Shown: piece by piece, positions 13,616-26,777 of the stretch
Layout: each line of letters opens with the position of its first letter
How positions within the stretch are numbered: the stretch's first letter is position 1
Origin: Felis catus
Lineage: Eukaryota
DNA: 64,000 nucleotides
NCBI RefSeq assembly: GCF_018350175.1
Contig: NC_058368.1
Location: 191,272,001-191,336,000, forward strand
Reading direction: 5' to 3'
Position numbers and translations under genes: made by a program
Notes under the pieces: model-generated
Databases searched by the model: none
What the model was told of the DNA's origin: nothing
What the model saw: only the letters and a program-made list of their open reading frames with translations

Positions 13616-13830
13616 GGGGCAACTGGGTGGCTCAGGAGTTTAAGCATCTGACTTAGGTTCAGGTCATGATCTCATGGTTCCTGAGCTCAAGTCCCCAGTG
13701 AGGCTCTGCACTGATAGCTCAGAGGCTGGAGCCTGCTTCAAATGCTGTGTCTCCCTCTATCTCTGTCCTCCTGCTCTCTCTCTCTCTCTCTCTCTCAAAA
13801 ATAAATATTAAAAATAATAATAAAAATAAA
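13616..13830 (+). mobile_element. CAN-SINE
   Basis: Head, (CT)n, tail; approximate TSD aaag(c/t)actctgc. Confidence 0.95.
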
Positions 13831-14045
13831 GTACTCTGCATAAAGCCTGATCAATAAATACATAATGATGATGGTTCATTCTACAATCAGGAAACCAATA
13901 GCCTCCAGAAGAGGAGACAGTGAAGAGGCCTCACTATAAACCATTATAATTCAAGATAGGAAACAATTTTACTGCTATGAATTAATCCCACCGACAACCC
14001 TTGCACGAGCTCTCCAATATACACATTTAAGAGTGTTTATAATAT

Positions 14046-14265
14046 GGGGTGCCTGGGGTGGCTCAGTCCGTTAAGGGTCTGACTTCAGCTCAGGTCATGA
14101 TCTTGCGGTTCGTGGGTTCAAGCCCCCGAGTCCCCCATCGGGCTCTGGGCTGACAGCTCAGAGCCTGGAGCCTGCTTCAGATTCTGTGTCTCCCTTTCTC
14201 TCTGCCCCTCCCCCACTCACACTGTCTCTCAAAAATAAAATAAAAACATTAAAAAAATTTAAAAA
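14046..14265 (+). mobile_element. CAN-SINE
   Basis: TSD aagagtgtttataata on both sides. Confidence 0.96.
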
Positions 14266-16364
14266 GAGTGTTTATAATAGATGCTATTTTTTAATAGATT
14301 AAAAAAATTCAACTAGAAACAACTGACATATCCATTACAATAGGATCGGTTAATTAAATTATGGAGTGCCCATGCGACGTGATAAAATGTGGCTGTTAAA
14401 GTATGAAGCCAACTCTTTAAAAACTAAGGCACAGAGCAGCCCTCTTCTCAGCTCCCTCAATTTTCTCTAAGGCTTTAGTTTCATCTTTAATTAAGGAGAA
14501 AAAAGGAACAGCATTCCTCATTTATTCTTGAAAATCATTGAATAAAGACACGCATATTAAAAATGAAAAAGAGGTATACGTGCTCAGTTGATATTTAAAC
14601 ATCATTAAAAGGAAAGATAAAGAATAACGCAGTACGTACAACATAAATCCTCTTGAGTCTATAAAAAATATAAAAATGAGCACACATAGTAGGTGTATCT
14701 AGTCGGAAAAATCAGGGACTATTTTACAAGGGATTTGGGAAATTCGAGATGGAAAACTTGAGAAGGGAATTAATTGCAGGCTAAGGAAAGCAGGGCCACA
14801 CAGGCACACGGGCTTGGAGGTGGGCTTGCCAGGGGAGAGGTGGGAGTTTGCAGCTACTAGAGAGGCAAAGAGTCACGGAAAGTGCACAGACGTGAGATGT
14901 GAGATGCCAGACAAGAGTCAGGCTGCTTGCGCGGGATTTTAAATGGCAGATCTAGGCCTCTGGACTTTGCCTGGTAAGTGTTGGAAAATTAGAAAGATTT
15001 GTGAAGAAAGGAATGATATGATCAGAGTTGCACATGAGGGCTGGTCATGTGGAGGGGTATGTGCTAAGGGGTGGAGGGGGCAAAGCATGAGTAGGCATTT
15101 AGGCCGCTACCACAAGTTGTCCAGTTTTTCCCTCTGCATCTTATAGCTGCCATATTGATACAGCTCCAATTTTGCTTCCTGACTGAATGTTTTTGCTGCT
15201 TTCATAAGAAATGTCACATGAATGGAGCTGGCAATTCCTTTCCAAAATTCCTGACAGATGTTCCACACATCCCCAAATTACTGATCTCCATTCAATAATC
15301 AAATTCTGGGCAGATATCATATTTCAAAGAAATGTGATTTTGCCCATTTAAGGAAAGGAAGTGAGATCATTAAAATAGTTCCCTAAGTAATGCATTTTAA
15401 ATGAAAGGCTTTTTTTAAGTCTTTGGGGAAAAAAAATATCAAAAGTCAAACTGAAACATCCAGGAAAAGCTCAAATTAATATGTTAATTCTCTCAACATC
15501 CAAGGTTCTGAGTCCAAGCCTAGAAGTAACAGTGCATATGGTGATTTCCTGCTCTATTGCTAACATTTTAACTATGCTTATTGAAATCACAAAATAAATG
15601 TCTCAAGTGAAGTTTTCATCCTTCTTCCAATGAGAAATATGCAACTTCTCTGCTTTATTTTAAAGATTAGTTAATGATACTAGGAGCCATCAGTGATGTT
15701 CATTAAATACGTCAAATAAGGATGAGCTAGGGAAATAGGTGATAGATTAATGGCAGGAATTGTGTCTTTCCAGTGAAAAATTTAACGTCTCTCTGTGGAC
15801 ATTATGTATTTCCCTGTCTGACAGATTTTTTTCCACAAAAAAGACAATGAACCTTTGAATTATAGGTAAATGAAATTACATGGTTACAGCTCGATGAAAG
15901 ACTTGGAAATATTATGTAGCATCAACTGCAAAGATTTAAGTTTTCTATTTATCTGTTACCACTAGGGAAATTGCCATCGGTGCCTTGGTGAGAAAAAAAA
16001 TAAACGTCTGTGTATGAATGCTGAAGTACTATACAAATGACGGCAACTCTATTCTTTTTGCCAACAAAGGGCAGTGTGTGTGTTTTTCACAGGGGCAGCC
16101 TCGGGTGTACAGATTTAGGAATCGCAGCTTGTCTCTTAATAGGGAGAAATTTCACGAGGACATTGAAACATTAGCATCGCTCATCTCAGCAAGCCTTCCT
16201 TTAGACAGAGGGAAACATAACCTAAACACAGTTCCATATCATTCATAAGCACTAATTGGTGAAAATGTAATGTCAAGAGACAGAGAATGATCAGGGACTC
16301 CCCCTTCTACATGGTAAAATAAACTAGGGTTGATCGGAATTATCACCATGTAAGCCAAAACTTT

Positions 16365-17490
16365 GTATTGGTCATCTACCGCTGCATAACAAGCCAGTCT
16401 AAAACACAGTGGCATAAAGCAACCAGGTGGTGACTCTACTTATGGTTCTGAATTCGGACAGAGCATAGTAAGAATCGATTTTCTCTGCTATAAACTGTCC
16501 GGAGCCTCAGCTGGAAGGACTATAATTCGGGGGTTGAATTGATGGCTGGGGCTGGAATAATCTGTGGGACTCATGCCTTTTTAATTTCCATACTTGTGAT
16601 GCTTTGACATCCAAGGCCTTCCTGATACTGGGGGACTGCCTGTCTTAGCTCATTTGTAGAGATTGCTGACACTTGTCCCACCCAAGAGTGCCCCTTTCAT
16701 ATGCAAACTAAGCAATCCAGAGGCATTACCCCAACCATCTGGTTTATCAGACTCTCCTACTCCTGGCCACTAGCCTGCCCTAATCACCTCAGGTGTGGGT
16801 ACCAGACAACTAGAGACAATACTTATACCCCTGAGCCCACTGAAGTTTTTCAAACTAGACAATTCTAAGCCCACCATGCCTGTTCCCTCTGTAGAAGCCA
16901 CAATAAAGGTTCTTGCTCACATTTTCCTCTTATTCTCTCTGCCTCCTGAGCAATGCTGAAGCTTCCCCGTGTGGCCCTCCAGCATGGCGTGGCCATGCCT
17001 CCTGTTTCTAGGGATTTGTGAGTGCAAGCTTCTTCCTTGGTGACAGTCACTTTCATGTCTGTGTGTCATACCATGCTCGGCTAAAACAAATCTTGCATAC
17101 GTTTTAAAGCAACCTGAATGTAGCTTCCCTTTCATGTCTAGTGGTTGATGTTGGCTGTAGGTCAGAATATCTTGCCCACAGACCGTCTGTGGTTGCAATG
17201 CATGTGCCAGTTTAGATTGTCTTGCAGCATGGTGGCTGAGTCCCTAGAGCAAGCTTCTTCATAGAACAAGGCAGAAGTACACGACATTTTCTGATCTAGC
17301 CACGGAAGTACCACAGCATCACTTCTGCCACGATGCTACTTCTGGTTGAATCAGACACAAGGTCCACCCGGGTTCAAGCGGAGGGAACAGAGGTTCCACC
17401 CCTAAATGGGAAAAGTATCAGGTCACATTGAAAAAAGCAAAATGTGGAATGAGAGATACGATGGTGATCCTATTTGGAAAACACACTCTG
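16365..17490 (-). mobile_element. Old MaLR (MLT1-like) LTR split by a nested LTR
   Basis: tgtattggtcatctaccgctgcataac end; cagcatggtggctg...cagcatcacttctgcc resumes after about 17115. Confidence 0.65.
16563..17112 (+). mobile_element. MER74-like ERVL solo LTR
   Basis: gatgctttgacatc, cctttcatatgcaaac, taccagacaactagagac, aataaagg polyA signal, gacagtcac...ttttaaagca end. Confidence 0.75.
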
Positions 17491-18755
17491 CCCCAAGATA
17501 TTGCATGTATCTTTCCTGAGAAGTAATGGAGACCATACTAGTGAGAGGAGACCAGAAAGGACCACCACACACTGGAGGCATGAAAGATCTAATATATTTT
17601 GGACAAGAATCATTGAACATGAAATATGACCTCCCATGTAAAGCACTAAGTCACATCTAACACAGGCAAGTGAACCCTGTTCTTATTGTGCTGGAGGACT
17701 CTGCATCTGTATCTTCCCTCTTCTAGGACTTGTGCTTTGAAAGACAATGAGACACCACTCTCACCACAAATGGCAGGAAGCAAAGTCATATTTGTTGAAG
17801 ACGTGATAAGTTACAGGTTTTGAGCGGGAAATGTTCTGGTCACAATGCTTGGAATCAAGTTCTAGCCCTACTGTCAAAAAGCTTTGAGGCCTCAGATAGC
17901 CAACCACCTGGTTTCTTCATCTGTAAGACATGATCAATAATTGCTTCCCTGTCCTTCTGTCCTCAAATGAACTCTGAAGCTGGATATAATTTGTGAACGG
18001 TTCTGCAACCACATTATAATTATGTGAATGCAGCCTGTCATGGGAATCTTGGTTGACCACAGGGTCAACAAGGCTGACACAGTGCAGTTGAGACCCCAGA
18101 GCTTGTTTCGACACCGACTAGGTAGCAGCCGCTGTGCTGAGCACTTCCTTAGATTCAGGTTGACTGTGGGTGCCATTTCCATTCACAGCTGTATATTCGA
18201 TGGGAATGCTGGGGCATGGAGAGTAACTTATCAAAGGTCACACAGCCCTTAAGGGATAGAGCCTGAATTTGAATTCAAGCCCTCTGACCCAATAGCCCAC
18301 ATTTCATCCTCTGCACCGGAGCCTCTGGTCCTGAAAAGCCACACTGATGCTGGTCCTCAGCCAGGCTTTTTATAGGTACTTGCATTGGCAAGAGTTGGGC
18401 TCTGTGGACGTTGTCCATCCCTGTTACCTAAAAGCAATCTGGCAGCATGTGGAGAGGGAGAACGCCTCCTTCATAAAGAAAGAACTCCAGAATGCCCTGT
18501 CTGCACCACAGAAGGAGATCAGGAGCACATTCCTTTACAGCAGCCTGACAAGGGTGTGGGGTCTGCTGATTTCTTAACTAGCTTTATTTGCATGACAGCA
18601 AGCCATGATCTGTCCCTCTATGTTAGCATTCAGTGATAAAATGGATTCAAAGCCAGCAGTGTGTCCTGTCTTCTGTGTTTATTTAATGAATGGGTTTAAT
18701 TTTATTTAAGGGGCACTGGAAAAGCAAAGGCTGCCAAAAGGTAAATCAGAGGTGT

Positions 18756-18921
18756 ACGTATACGTATATATATGTATACATATACGTATATATGTATATA
18801 TATGCATGTATACATATGTATACATATGTATATATGTATATGTATGTACATATATATACACGTATATATATGTACATATACATATATATATACACACATA
18901 TATACGTGTATATATATATAC
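18756..18921. repeat. Complex (TA)/(TG)/(CA) alternating purine-pyrimidine array
   Basis: About 165 nt of RY alternation. Confidence 0.95.
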
Positions 18922-19084
18922 AGATTTGCCTTAATGTTATGTTTCCATTTTTTTTAACAGCAAGCGAAGTTATTTTTATCCATGATTTTGGAAGGAGTTA
19001 AAATTTATAACTCGCCGGTCTTTCTGGTTGAGAGATTGTGTTAGGACAATGATTACATGGGAAAATAATCCTACTAAATATAAT

Positions 19085-19386
19085 AATAATTGATGAGCCA
19101 TTATTGAATGTTGACTATGTGTTCGGTACCATGCTAAGCGCAATGCAAGTAATGACTAACTTAATTCTTACAACAACCCAAGGAGATGTTTACTATTATT
19201 AATCCCACTTCACAGCAAGAAAGCTAAAGGTCAGGGGCACATGGGTGGCTAAGTCGATTAAAGTCCAACTCTTGGTTTCGGCTCAGGTCATGATTTGTGG
19301 GTTTGAGCCCCATGCTGGGCTCCTTGCTGACAGCACAAATCCTACTTGGGATTCTCTCTCCCTCTCTCTCTGCCCCTCCCCTGCAT

Positions 19387-19429
<43 letters not shown>

Positions 19430-19490
19430 ATAAATAAATAAACTTAAAAAAAAGCTGAAGGTCACACAGCTATTAAGGGGTAGAGCTTAT
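19085..19490 (-). mobile_element. MIR SINE interrupted by a CAN-SINE
   Basis: ttaattcttacaacaaccc...cccacttcacagc then aaggtcacacagct. Confidence 0.7.
19234..19453 (+). mobile_element. CAN-SINE
   Basis: Long (CT)n; approximate TSD aaagct(a/g)aaggtca. Confidence 0.95.
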
Positions 19491-20077
19491 AGTCTGTTTT
19501 TTTCACTAGTCTATGCTGACTCCTGGTATAGTGAAAGGGCTAGGGTATTTTATCCATTCTAAGCAAGAGTTAGGGATGTTCTGCATTTGGCTGTTAAGTT
19601 TGGGACACTTGCTTGAGTGACTTTAGCATCCCTCAGATTTTTGTCATCAGCCTGTTTGGCTCCTGATATAGGAGTTAGAGCAATGTTCCTATAAGTGAAT
19701 CTTTTCATTGTGGAGCATGCCATTCAACATGAAACATACTTCAACAACAACAAAAAGTAGACTATATGGGAATTTGTTTCTGTCTTCATTTTAAGTGGGT
19801 CCTCTCAGCTCTTACCAGAGAATTTACTCTTTCTGCCAGAAAGGCCGTTGTGTATATTTCCGAAGAAGTCCTAACCCCACTGGAACTTCTTTAACCTAGG
19901 TAGAGATACATTGTGTTCCAAAATATATGTCATTTGTTTGAGTCTTAGAAGACATTTCCCCATGGGGAGAGTATTATAATCCCTAATTATGGATACCTAG
20001 AACACAGCTACCTTCTCTGGTAACATAGGGGGACACTGTGGAGAAGTGCTCTTCAAACTACCAATGTATTGTTGAAT

Positions 20078-20285
20078 CTTTGTTTTTAAATGTTTATTTA
20101 TTTACTTTCAAGACAGAGAAAGAGTGTGAGCAGGGGAGAGGCAGAAAGAGAGGGAGACAGAATCCTAAGCAGGCTTTGTGCTGTCAGCACAGAGTCCGAT
20201 GTGGGGCTCGAACTCATGAGTTGTGAGATGACCTGAGCCAAAACCAAGAGTTGGACACTTAACTGACTGAGACACCCAGGCTCCC
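20078..20285 (-). mobile_element. CAN-SINE
   Basis: Reverse head; approximate TSD attgttga(a/t)tct. Confidence 0.94.
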
Positions 20286-20325
20286 ATTGTTGATTCTACA
20301 GTTCCATTACAGAGAACCCCATTAC

Positions 20326-20430
20326 AGAGATACCAAGTGTTGGCAAGGATGTGGAGAAAAGGGAATGTAAGTTGATACAGCCATTGTGGAAAACAGTATG
20401 GAGGGTCCTCGAAAAATTAAACAGAACTAC
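20326..20430 (+). mobile_element. 105-bp L1 ORF2 fragment, apparent copy of 22143-22247
   Basis: 98/105 identity by manual alignment to the nearby L1, sharing the same internal deletion. Confidence 0.85.
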
Positions 20431-22029
20431 CATTAAGTCAATCTTTTCACGATTGACATTCATGGTGTCTTAACATTGAATTTGAACTTTCCTATTGCCC
20501 ATGTACAGTACAGATTACTTAAAAATGTAAAATCTTAGAATATATGGTTCAGAAGGAAACTTATAAGCACTGAATGTGCATGTGTCAGGGGCTGCCTCTA
20601 GGTAGGACTAGATTTTCTTATGTATTATGATGACAGTCATTGCCTCAGGCATTGAAGATGCTGGATGCTTTTCATAAATAGGAGGATCCGTGTAGCATAA
20701 TAATTTTGAAAAGTGATAAAGTTATTGCAGCTTAACATAATAAGCAAACTTTATAAAACTTTCTCCATTTTAGAAAATCAACAGGGGTTGGCCAAATGTA
20801 GAACTCCAATGTCAGCTAATCAGCTATGCCATCTGGTCTGACAAATCTGGTCATGTTACCTACACATAGTCTTATTTTTAAAATAATTTAAAAAATACCT
20901 TTCATTGTCAGCAAGGAAGTAACTTAGGAAAAGGCAATTTTTTGTTGAATTCAAAGCTGATTTAAAATTCTGTGTGGGTGTTTCCTGAGAAATTTGCTGA
21001 CCAGGGCAAGTTCTCTCTGCTTGCTGGCTTCTTCTATTGGTCTACATTGTAATCAGAAAAATGTGAAGAATTTTCATTGATGGCATTGCCACAAAACATG
21101 ATCCACTTATTTCATCATCTGTTGGTGGCACATCTTACTCTGTGGTGTTGATCCGTCTTACAGACCTTAAATTGCAGGTCTGGCCCTTTGGATAACTGCA
21201 CCTTGCAGGGTTTCATGCAGAAAAACAACTGTGGCGTAGAAGCCAGTGTATAGAAAATGCCTTTCTATCCTATCAGGCTTGTTAAGTCCTGGAATTTTGC
21301 AGAAAGCTTAGTAAAACACCAGCTCACACTGTTCATGACTTCCTTGCTGGGATCCCCTAATGACAGGGCATACAATGGAAGATGACTGTAAAATGGACAA
21401 AGTATAGACATTCTTTGTTAGTTTCACTTTGATGATCTCATTAGAAGTAAATGTCTGAGCAGTGACCCTGTCTTATTTGCAGCTGTGGGATCACACTCTG
21501 ACATGAAGCAAGTGAACAATGTGAAATAAGACCTGTGTGTAGAGATGTGGCATCTCTGTTTTTATGATACCTTCACCTGCAACTAACATCCTTGCCCCAC
21601 ACCCAAAGTGAGCAAATGAACTGAGATTTCTTCTGGATAAGAGAAACCTTAGTGTCTATGACTAGTTTGCCAACATTCAGGGGCCCTGCCCGCTTAGTCC
21701 CCTTGGTGGTGTTACCACAGGGTTTTCAGTGAATTTTAAATACAAAAACTCTGATAAAAAGTTGCCCTGCAAAGACAAGATGAACAGTTATGCCTTTGCC
21801 AGCTCCTGGGGAAATCATTGGTCTGTGTATTTGTCTCCCCCAAACTGTAAATTCTTCAAGGATGGGTTTGATGCCCTCCATATCTTGGTGTCTCCTGCCC
21901 AGCATACAGCAGGGGGCCAATAAATGATTGTTAAGGTACACTTAATATACTTTGGAAAGTTGGATTTTTTAAAACTGGTTCCTTCAGTGATTTGTTTTTC
22001 TTTCATTTTTTCAACAAACATTTGTCAGG

Positions 22030-23155
22030 AATATCACTAATCATCATGGAAATGCAAATCAAAATGTCAATGAGCTATCATTTCACACCTGTTAGGGTGA
22101 CTATTATTAACAACAAGAACAAGAACAATAACGACAAAAACAAGAGATAACAAGTGCTGGCAAGGATGTGGAGAAAAGGGCATGTAAACTAATACAGCCA
22201 TTGGGGAAAACAGTATGGAGGGTCCTCGAAAAATTAAACAGAACTACTATATGATTCAGCAACGCCACTTCTGGATATATATCCCAAGGAATTGAAGTCC
22301 AGATCTCAAAGAGATGCCTGCAATATTATTCACGATAACCAAGATATGAAAACAACCTAAGTGTCCATCACTGGATGAATAAAGATAATATGATACATAC
22401 ATGGAATGGAATATTATTCAACCGTAAAATCGAAAGAAATCCTACTATTTGCAGCAATATGCATAGACCAGGGAAGCATTATTCTAAGTGAAATAAGCCA
22501 GACACAGAAAAACAAATACTGTATGAACTTACTAGTATGTGGAATCTAAAATAATCAAACTTGGGGTGCCTGGGTGGCTCAGTCAGTTAAGCATCTGACT
22601 TCAGCTCATGTCATGATCTTGTGGTTCGTGAATTTGAGCCCCAGGTCAGGCTCTGTGCTGATAGCTCAGAGTCTAGAGCCTGCTTCAGATTCTGTGTCTC
22701 CCTCTTTCTCTGCCCCTCCCCTGCTCATATTCTCTCTGTCTCAAAAATAAATAAAGCATTAAAAAATTTTAAAAAATAATCAGACTCATAGAAACATAGA
22801 ATAGAATGTGGTTTCCAGGGCTTGGGGGGAGGGGTAATATGGGAAGGTGATGGTCAAAGGGTACAGATTTTCAGTTACCCAAGAAAAATAAGTCTAGAGA
22901 AGTACCTAGGGAACAATACTGTATACTTAAAATCTGCTAAGACAGCAGATCTTATGCTCAATATTCTTACCACATACTCACAAATAATAAGACAAGGGGG
23001 TGGAAGGAAGCTTTTGGAGGTGACAGGTTTACAGCCTTGATGGTAGTGATGGTTTCATGTGTGTAGGGTGTATACTTATTCATAAGCTCATGAGTTGTAT
23101 GTATATATATAGGTTTTTACCTGTACGTTATATCTTAAAAATTATTTGAATAATA

Positions 23156-23194
<39 letters not shown>

Positions 23195-23195
23195 T
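22030..23195 (+). mobile_element. Older L1 3' end with nested SINE and (AAT)n tail
   Basis: gaaatgcaaatcaaaa...ggcaaggatgtggagaaa...ctaagtgaaataagccagacacag. Confidence 0.9.
22563..22775 (+). mobile_element. CAN-SINE
   Basis: Head and tail; approximate TSD aaaataatca(a/g)act. Confidence 0.95.
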
Positions 23196-23455
23196 ACAAT
23201 GGATTAAGAGGGGAAGAAAGAACATATTCTGTGCCAGGCTTTTGGGTAGACACTAAGGACACAGTGATAAACAAGACAAAATTCCTATCCCAATAATGGA
23301 ATCCCACACAGGTCCCTCTGAAGAACTGATTAATTCATTAGAACTCGACTTTAAATCTTTGACAACACAAAAGTAGTTTTACTCTTCCTTAGAAGTAAAA
23401 TGGCACAGGTGGAATACAGAAATGTTTTCATTTCCTCTAGATATTCACTCTTCAC

Positions 23456-23465
23456 AGATAAGATA

Positions 23466-23496
<31 letters not shown>

Positions 23497-23511
23497 ATAA
23501 GATGATAAGAT
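23456..23511. repeat. (AGATA)n pentanucleotide repeat
   Basis: Tandem agata units. Confidence 0.9.
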
Positions 23512-23980
23512 AAATTTTAGTTTTAGTTGCATTGCAAACAACCACCCAAGCAAAACACATTTACTTTTCCTACCCTGTAACCAGGTTCTCTTGACCTTTG
23601 GGTACTTGAAAAAAGTACAAATGGAGTGTATAAAAATTTAGTTATAAATCAAGTAAACAAACTGTTAATTAGAGTTGGTTTTATCTTTCTATCTTGACAA
23701 ATATACCTTCATAATGACTTGAAGGGCCAGCTCTAAATTTAAGTTTCTTGGACTCCTTGGAGTTTGGAGCCTGGACCATGGACATCCATGTTGCTTCAAC
23801 CTGGGGCCACAGGCTTCTCTTTCCATCTTGGGCACATCCACACTGTGAGGGACCTTTGTATGCCCATGGGTGAACACCCAAGTCAACATTTCTAGGCTCT
23901 GCCAGCCCTGTGCACCACCACCCCTCTTCCGTCTACACAGCTGCTATTTGGTGCCCTGTTTTAAGAATGCATGTGTTGGC

Positions 23981-24550
23981 TGTTGCAAGGTCAAGTTGGT
24001 GCAGCCGCAGGAGATTATGAGAGTGAGGCTTGCAGGGTTTATTATTCTCTCACAGCCCAAAGAGGGAGTCACTGCATGGTGTGCAGGGCCACAGGGGAAA
24101 ACACCAGGGTAGTCAGGAAGCAGAATACGAGAATGAGAGAGAGAGCTTAGACTAATCATGGCCTTTATTGGAGTTTTCTCAGGAAAGTGAAGGCAGGACC
24201 CAGGACTGGGTTAACAGTTTGGGATTGGCTATTTTGAAGAATTTCTGAGGGCTCTAAGCTACAGAAATTGTCTCCAGTCACTTGGCACCTGGCCCTGGGA
24301 TGATTTAGGGTGTAGTGTGTAAGAGTTAGATAAGGAAGTGTTTGGAGTATAAACTCAAGATTGGTTTGTTTGCATGTCAAAGGTGTGCAAAGGGTTGGGT
24401 CCTTTGTTTTCTGTAGAAACTGGCTTGCCTCAGTAGAGATAGTCTCCTTCCAGCCAGAAAGTTTTTTTTTTTTTTTTTTAAGATGTCAAAATACCATAAT
24501 ATATAGAATACTTAAAAAATAAAAACAGATTTAAAAATTATTTACAATAC
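23981..24550 (-). mobile_element. ERVL-type solo LTR (MER74/MER76-like group)
   Basis: gggccacaggggaaaacaccagggtagtcaggaagcag, reverse polyA tttattg, agatgtcaaa...aataca; resembles the reverse of the 16.6-17.1 kb LTR. Confidence 0.6.
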
Positions 24551-25104
24551 ATGACTTCTTGGGACTACAGTGCACACAGGTGGCACAGTTCACCTTCCAG
24601 AAGATGGTCCTGGGCAAGAGGCCAGCACCACAGGTCTGGGAAATGGACTTGGGCATATTTGGGCAGGCAGTTCTGGGACCTCAAAGGCAGAGCAGAGTGT
24701 GGAAGGTCTTGGGCCCCAGGTTGGCATGTTCCCTTGTCCCTGTGAAAAGGGAGGTCACTGGAAGAGGGCTGAGCACAGGACGTCTATAGCACGAGGCACC
24801 TCTTTCTGTGTTCTAAGGGAATTCTGCCTGGAACAAGGTTTTTAAATACAAAAAAAAAAAAATAGCATAAAAATGATATTTTCAACAAAGCTATATATGA
24901 AACAGGTAAGAGAAAGGTACTTATATTGATGTCAGTACCTGAAGCTTAAAATGAGCCCTGACTGGTTTTCTTCCTTGGGTTCATATTCTGCCTTCCCTCT
25001 TCCCTTTCTATATCTCTCCCCACTCTCCTTATTCCCACCCCATCCCCATACTCAATGTCAGATGTGCCTTTGAGGAACATTAGGGCTCTGACTTTGGACT
25101 AGAC

Positions 25105-25298
25105 CAGTGGTTCTGAAACTTGAACGGGAATCAGATTCTACTGGAGGGCTGATTAAAACACAGATGGCTGCCCTTCCCACTCCTAGAGTTTCCATTTCAG
25201 AAAATATGGGATGGGGAGCCTGAGAATTTGCATTTCTAATAAATTCCCAGGCATTGATAAGGCTGCTGATCCAGAGGCCAGACTTTGAGGACCACTGG
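25105..25298 (+). mobile_element. MER5A DNA transposon relic
   Basis: cagtggttctgaaactt...gaatttgcatttctaataaattcccagg...actttgaggaccactg terminal inverted repeats. Confidence 0.88.
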
Positions 25299-26434
25299 AT
25301 CAGAAATGATGACTCAGAATCTTGTTCGTGCTAATTCCCATGAAAACTTTTGGGGCTTGTTGTCTTTCACTGGAACCACCAAATGATGCCTAAGATTTAC
25401 ATGTCATGTAGAATAATAAAATAGGAGAGGGCTGTGTTGGGCAAACTTCAAGGCCTACTACTTGGTTGGTATTTGCAATAATTGTCTTCTCATCATCTTG
25501 CTTCTCGATGCCAGTGACACAGAGTGGGAGCTGATTATATAAATGGTTATGTGTGGCAGTTGGAGAAGACCAGCACATTCTGCATTTAGAATAAAACATC
25601 TGAAACAGCTGTTTAAATACATTCTTTTAAGATTAGAAAACAAAATCTTCAGAATGAAATGCACTTGAACAGGGAGAAAGCTTTTTGTCACTACTTTCTA
25701 AGTCAAGAAATAGAGACTAATTTATGGGGAACCTGGCTGAATTTCAAAATCTTGCCAATGATTCATTAAAATTTTATTTTTAGTTAGAAAGATGTGTTTT
25801 ATATTCCATCAATTCATTGAAAAATGTTATAATTACATTTTACTTTCATGCTGTTGAGAGCAACTTGGGGTCTGAATAGTGTATCTCTACCTCATATTCC
25901 CAATTTTGAACTCCTAACATTTAAACAATATTCTTGGTAATTAACCATCCAATTTCCAAATACTTATGTTCTGTAAGAGGTATTACTGAACATTAAATTT
26001 GCTTCAGCTGAGTATTATGTTCCTAGTATATAAACATATTGCTTTGGCCAGCAATTACATATTTAAGTGCAATGTATCAAGTTGAGGAATAGATTATTAT
26101 TAGTAGTAAAGAAAGAACAGAAGCAACTGGTTTATTTGACAAAAAGTAGAAATAAATACATGCATGTACATGAGGATGGAAACTCAAGCAGAGCTCCGTC
26201 CTCATGGCTGACCCAGAGGATCCACTGAGGAGGAAGGTACCGGCCAGAAACACTCCCAGCCAGGCAGCCTGGCAGGCTCTTTACAGCTCTGTACTTGTGA
26301 GGAGCCTATGGTAAGTCAGAAGATATGACTGGTGTACTTGACAATGAGACCCCAAGCTGAAAGAGACAGAGAAAGATTCTCTTGCTCTGTGGGTTCTAAA
26401 CTGGCCATGAAGTGAAAAAAGAGTAACATGGTGG

Positions 26435-26725
26435 TGTTGCGGGCAAAATTACGCCCCTCTGACCCCACCCCACATTCCTCTGTTGAAATCCTAACCCCAG
26501 TACTAAAGAGTGTGACTGCATTTGGAGACTGGGTCTTTAAAGAGCTAATGTAGTTAAAATGAGGAGAATTAGGTTGGATCCTGATCCGGTATAAGTGGAA
26601 AAGCACTGGTGTGGTATGAGTTGACACTGGAGCCACAGCCCAAGTTTGTTCCGGCCAAGAACTGAATCCAGACCATCCACTGTCACTTAATGCTGAAGAG
26701 AGGACGGCATTCTCCCTAGTGAATC

Positions 26726-26777
<52 letters not shown>

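Noticed and set aside
18347..18636. Overlapping 76-aa and 83-aa ORFs with Cys motifs
   Set aside because: No recognisable domain, weak donor, and length expected by chance
18690..19001. Six overlapping Y/I/C/M/H-rich ORFs
   Set aside because: Artefact of the stop-free RY microsatellite
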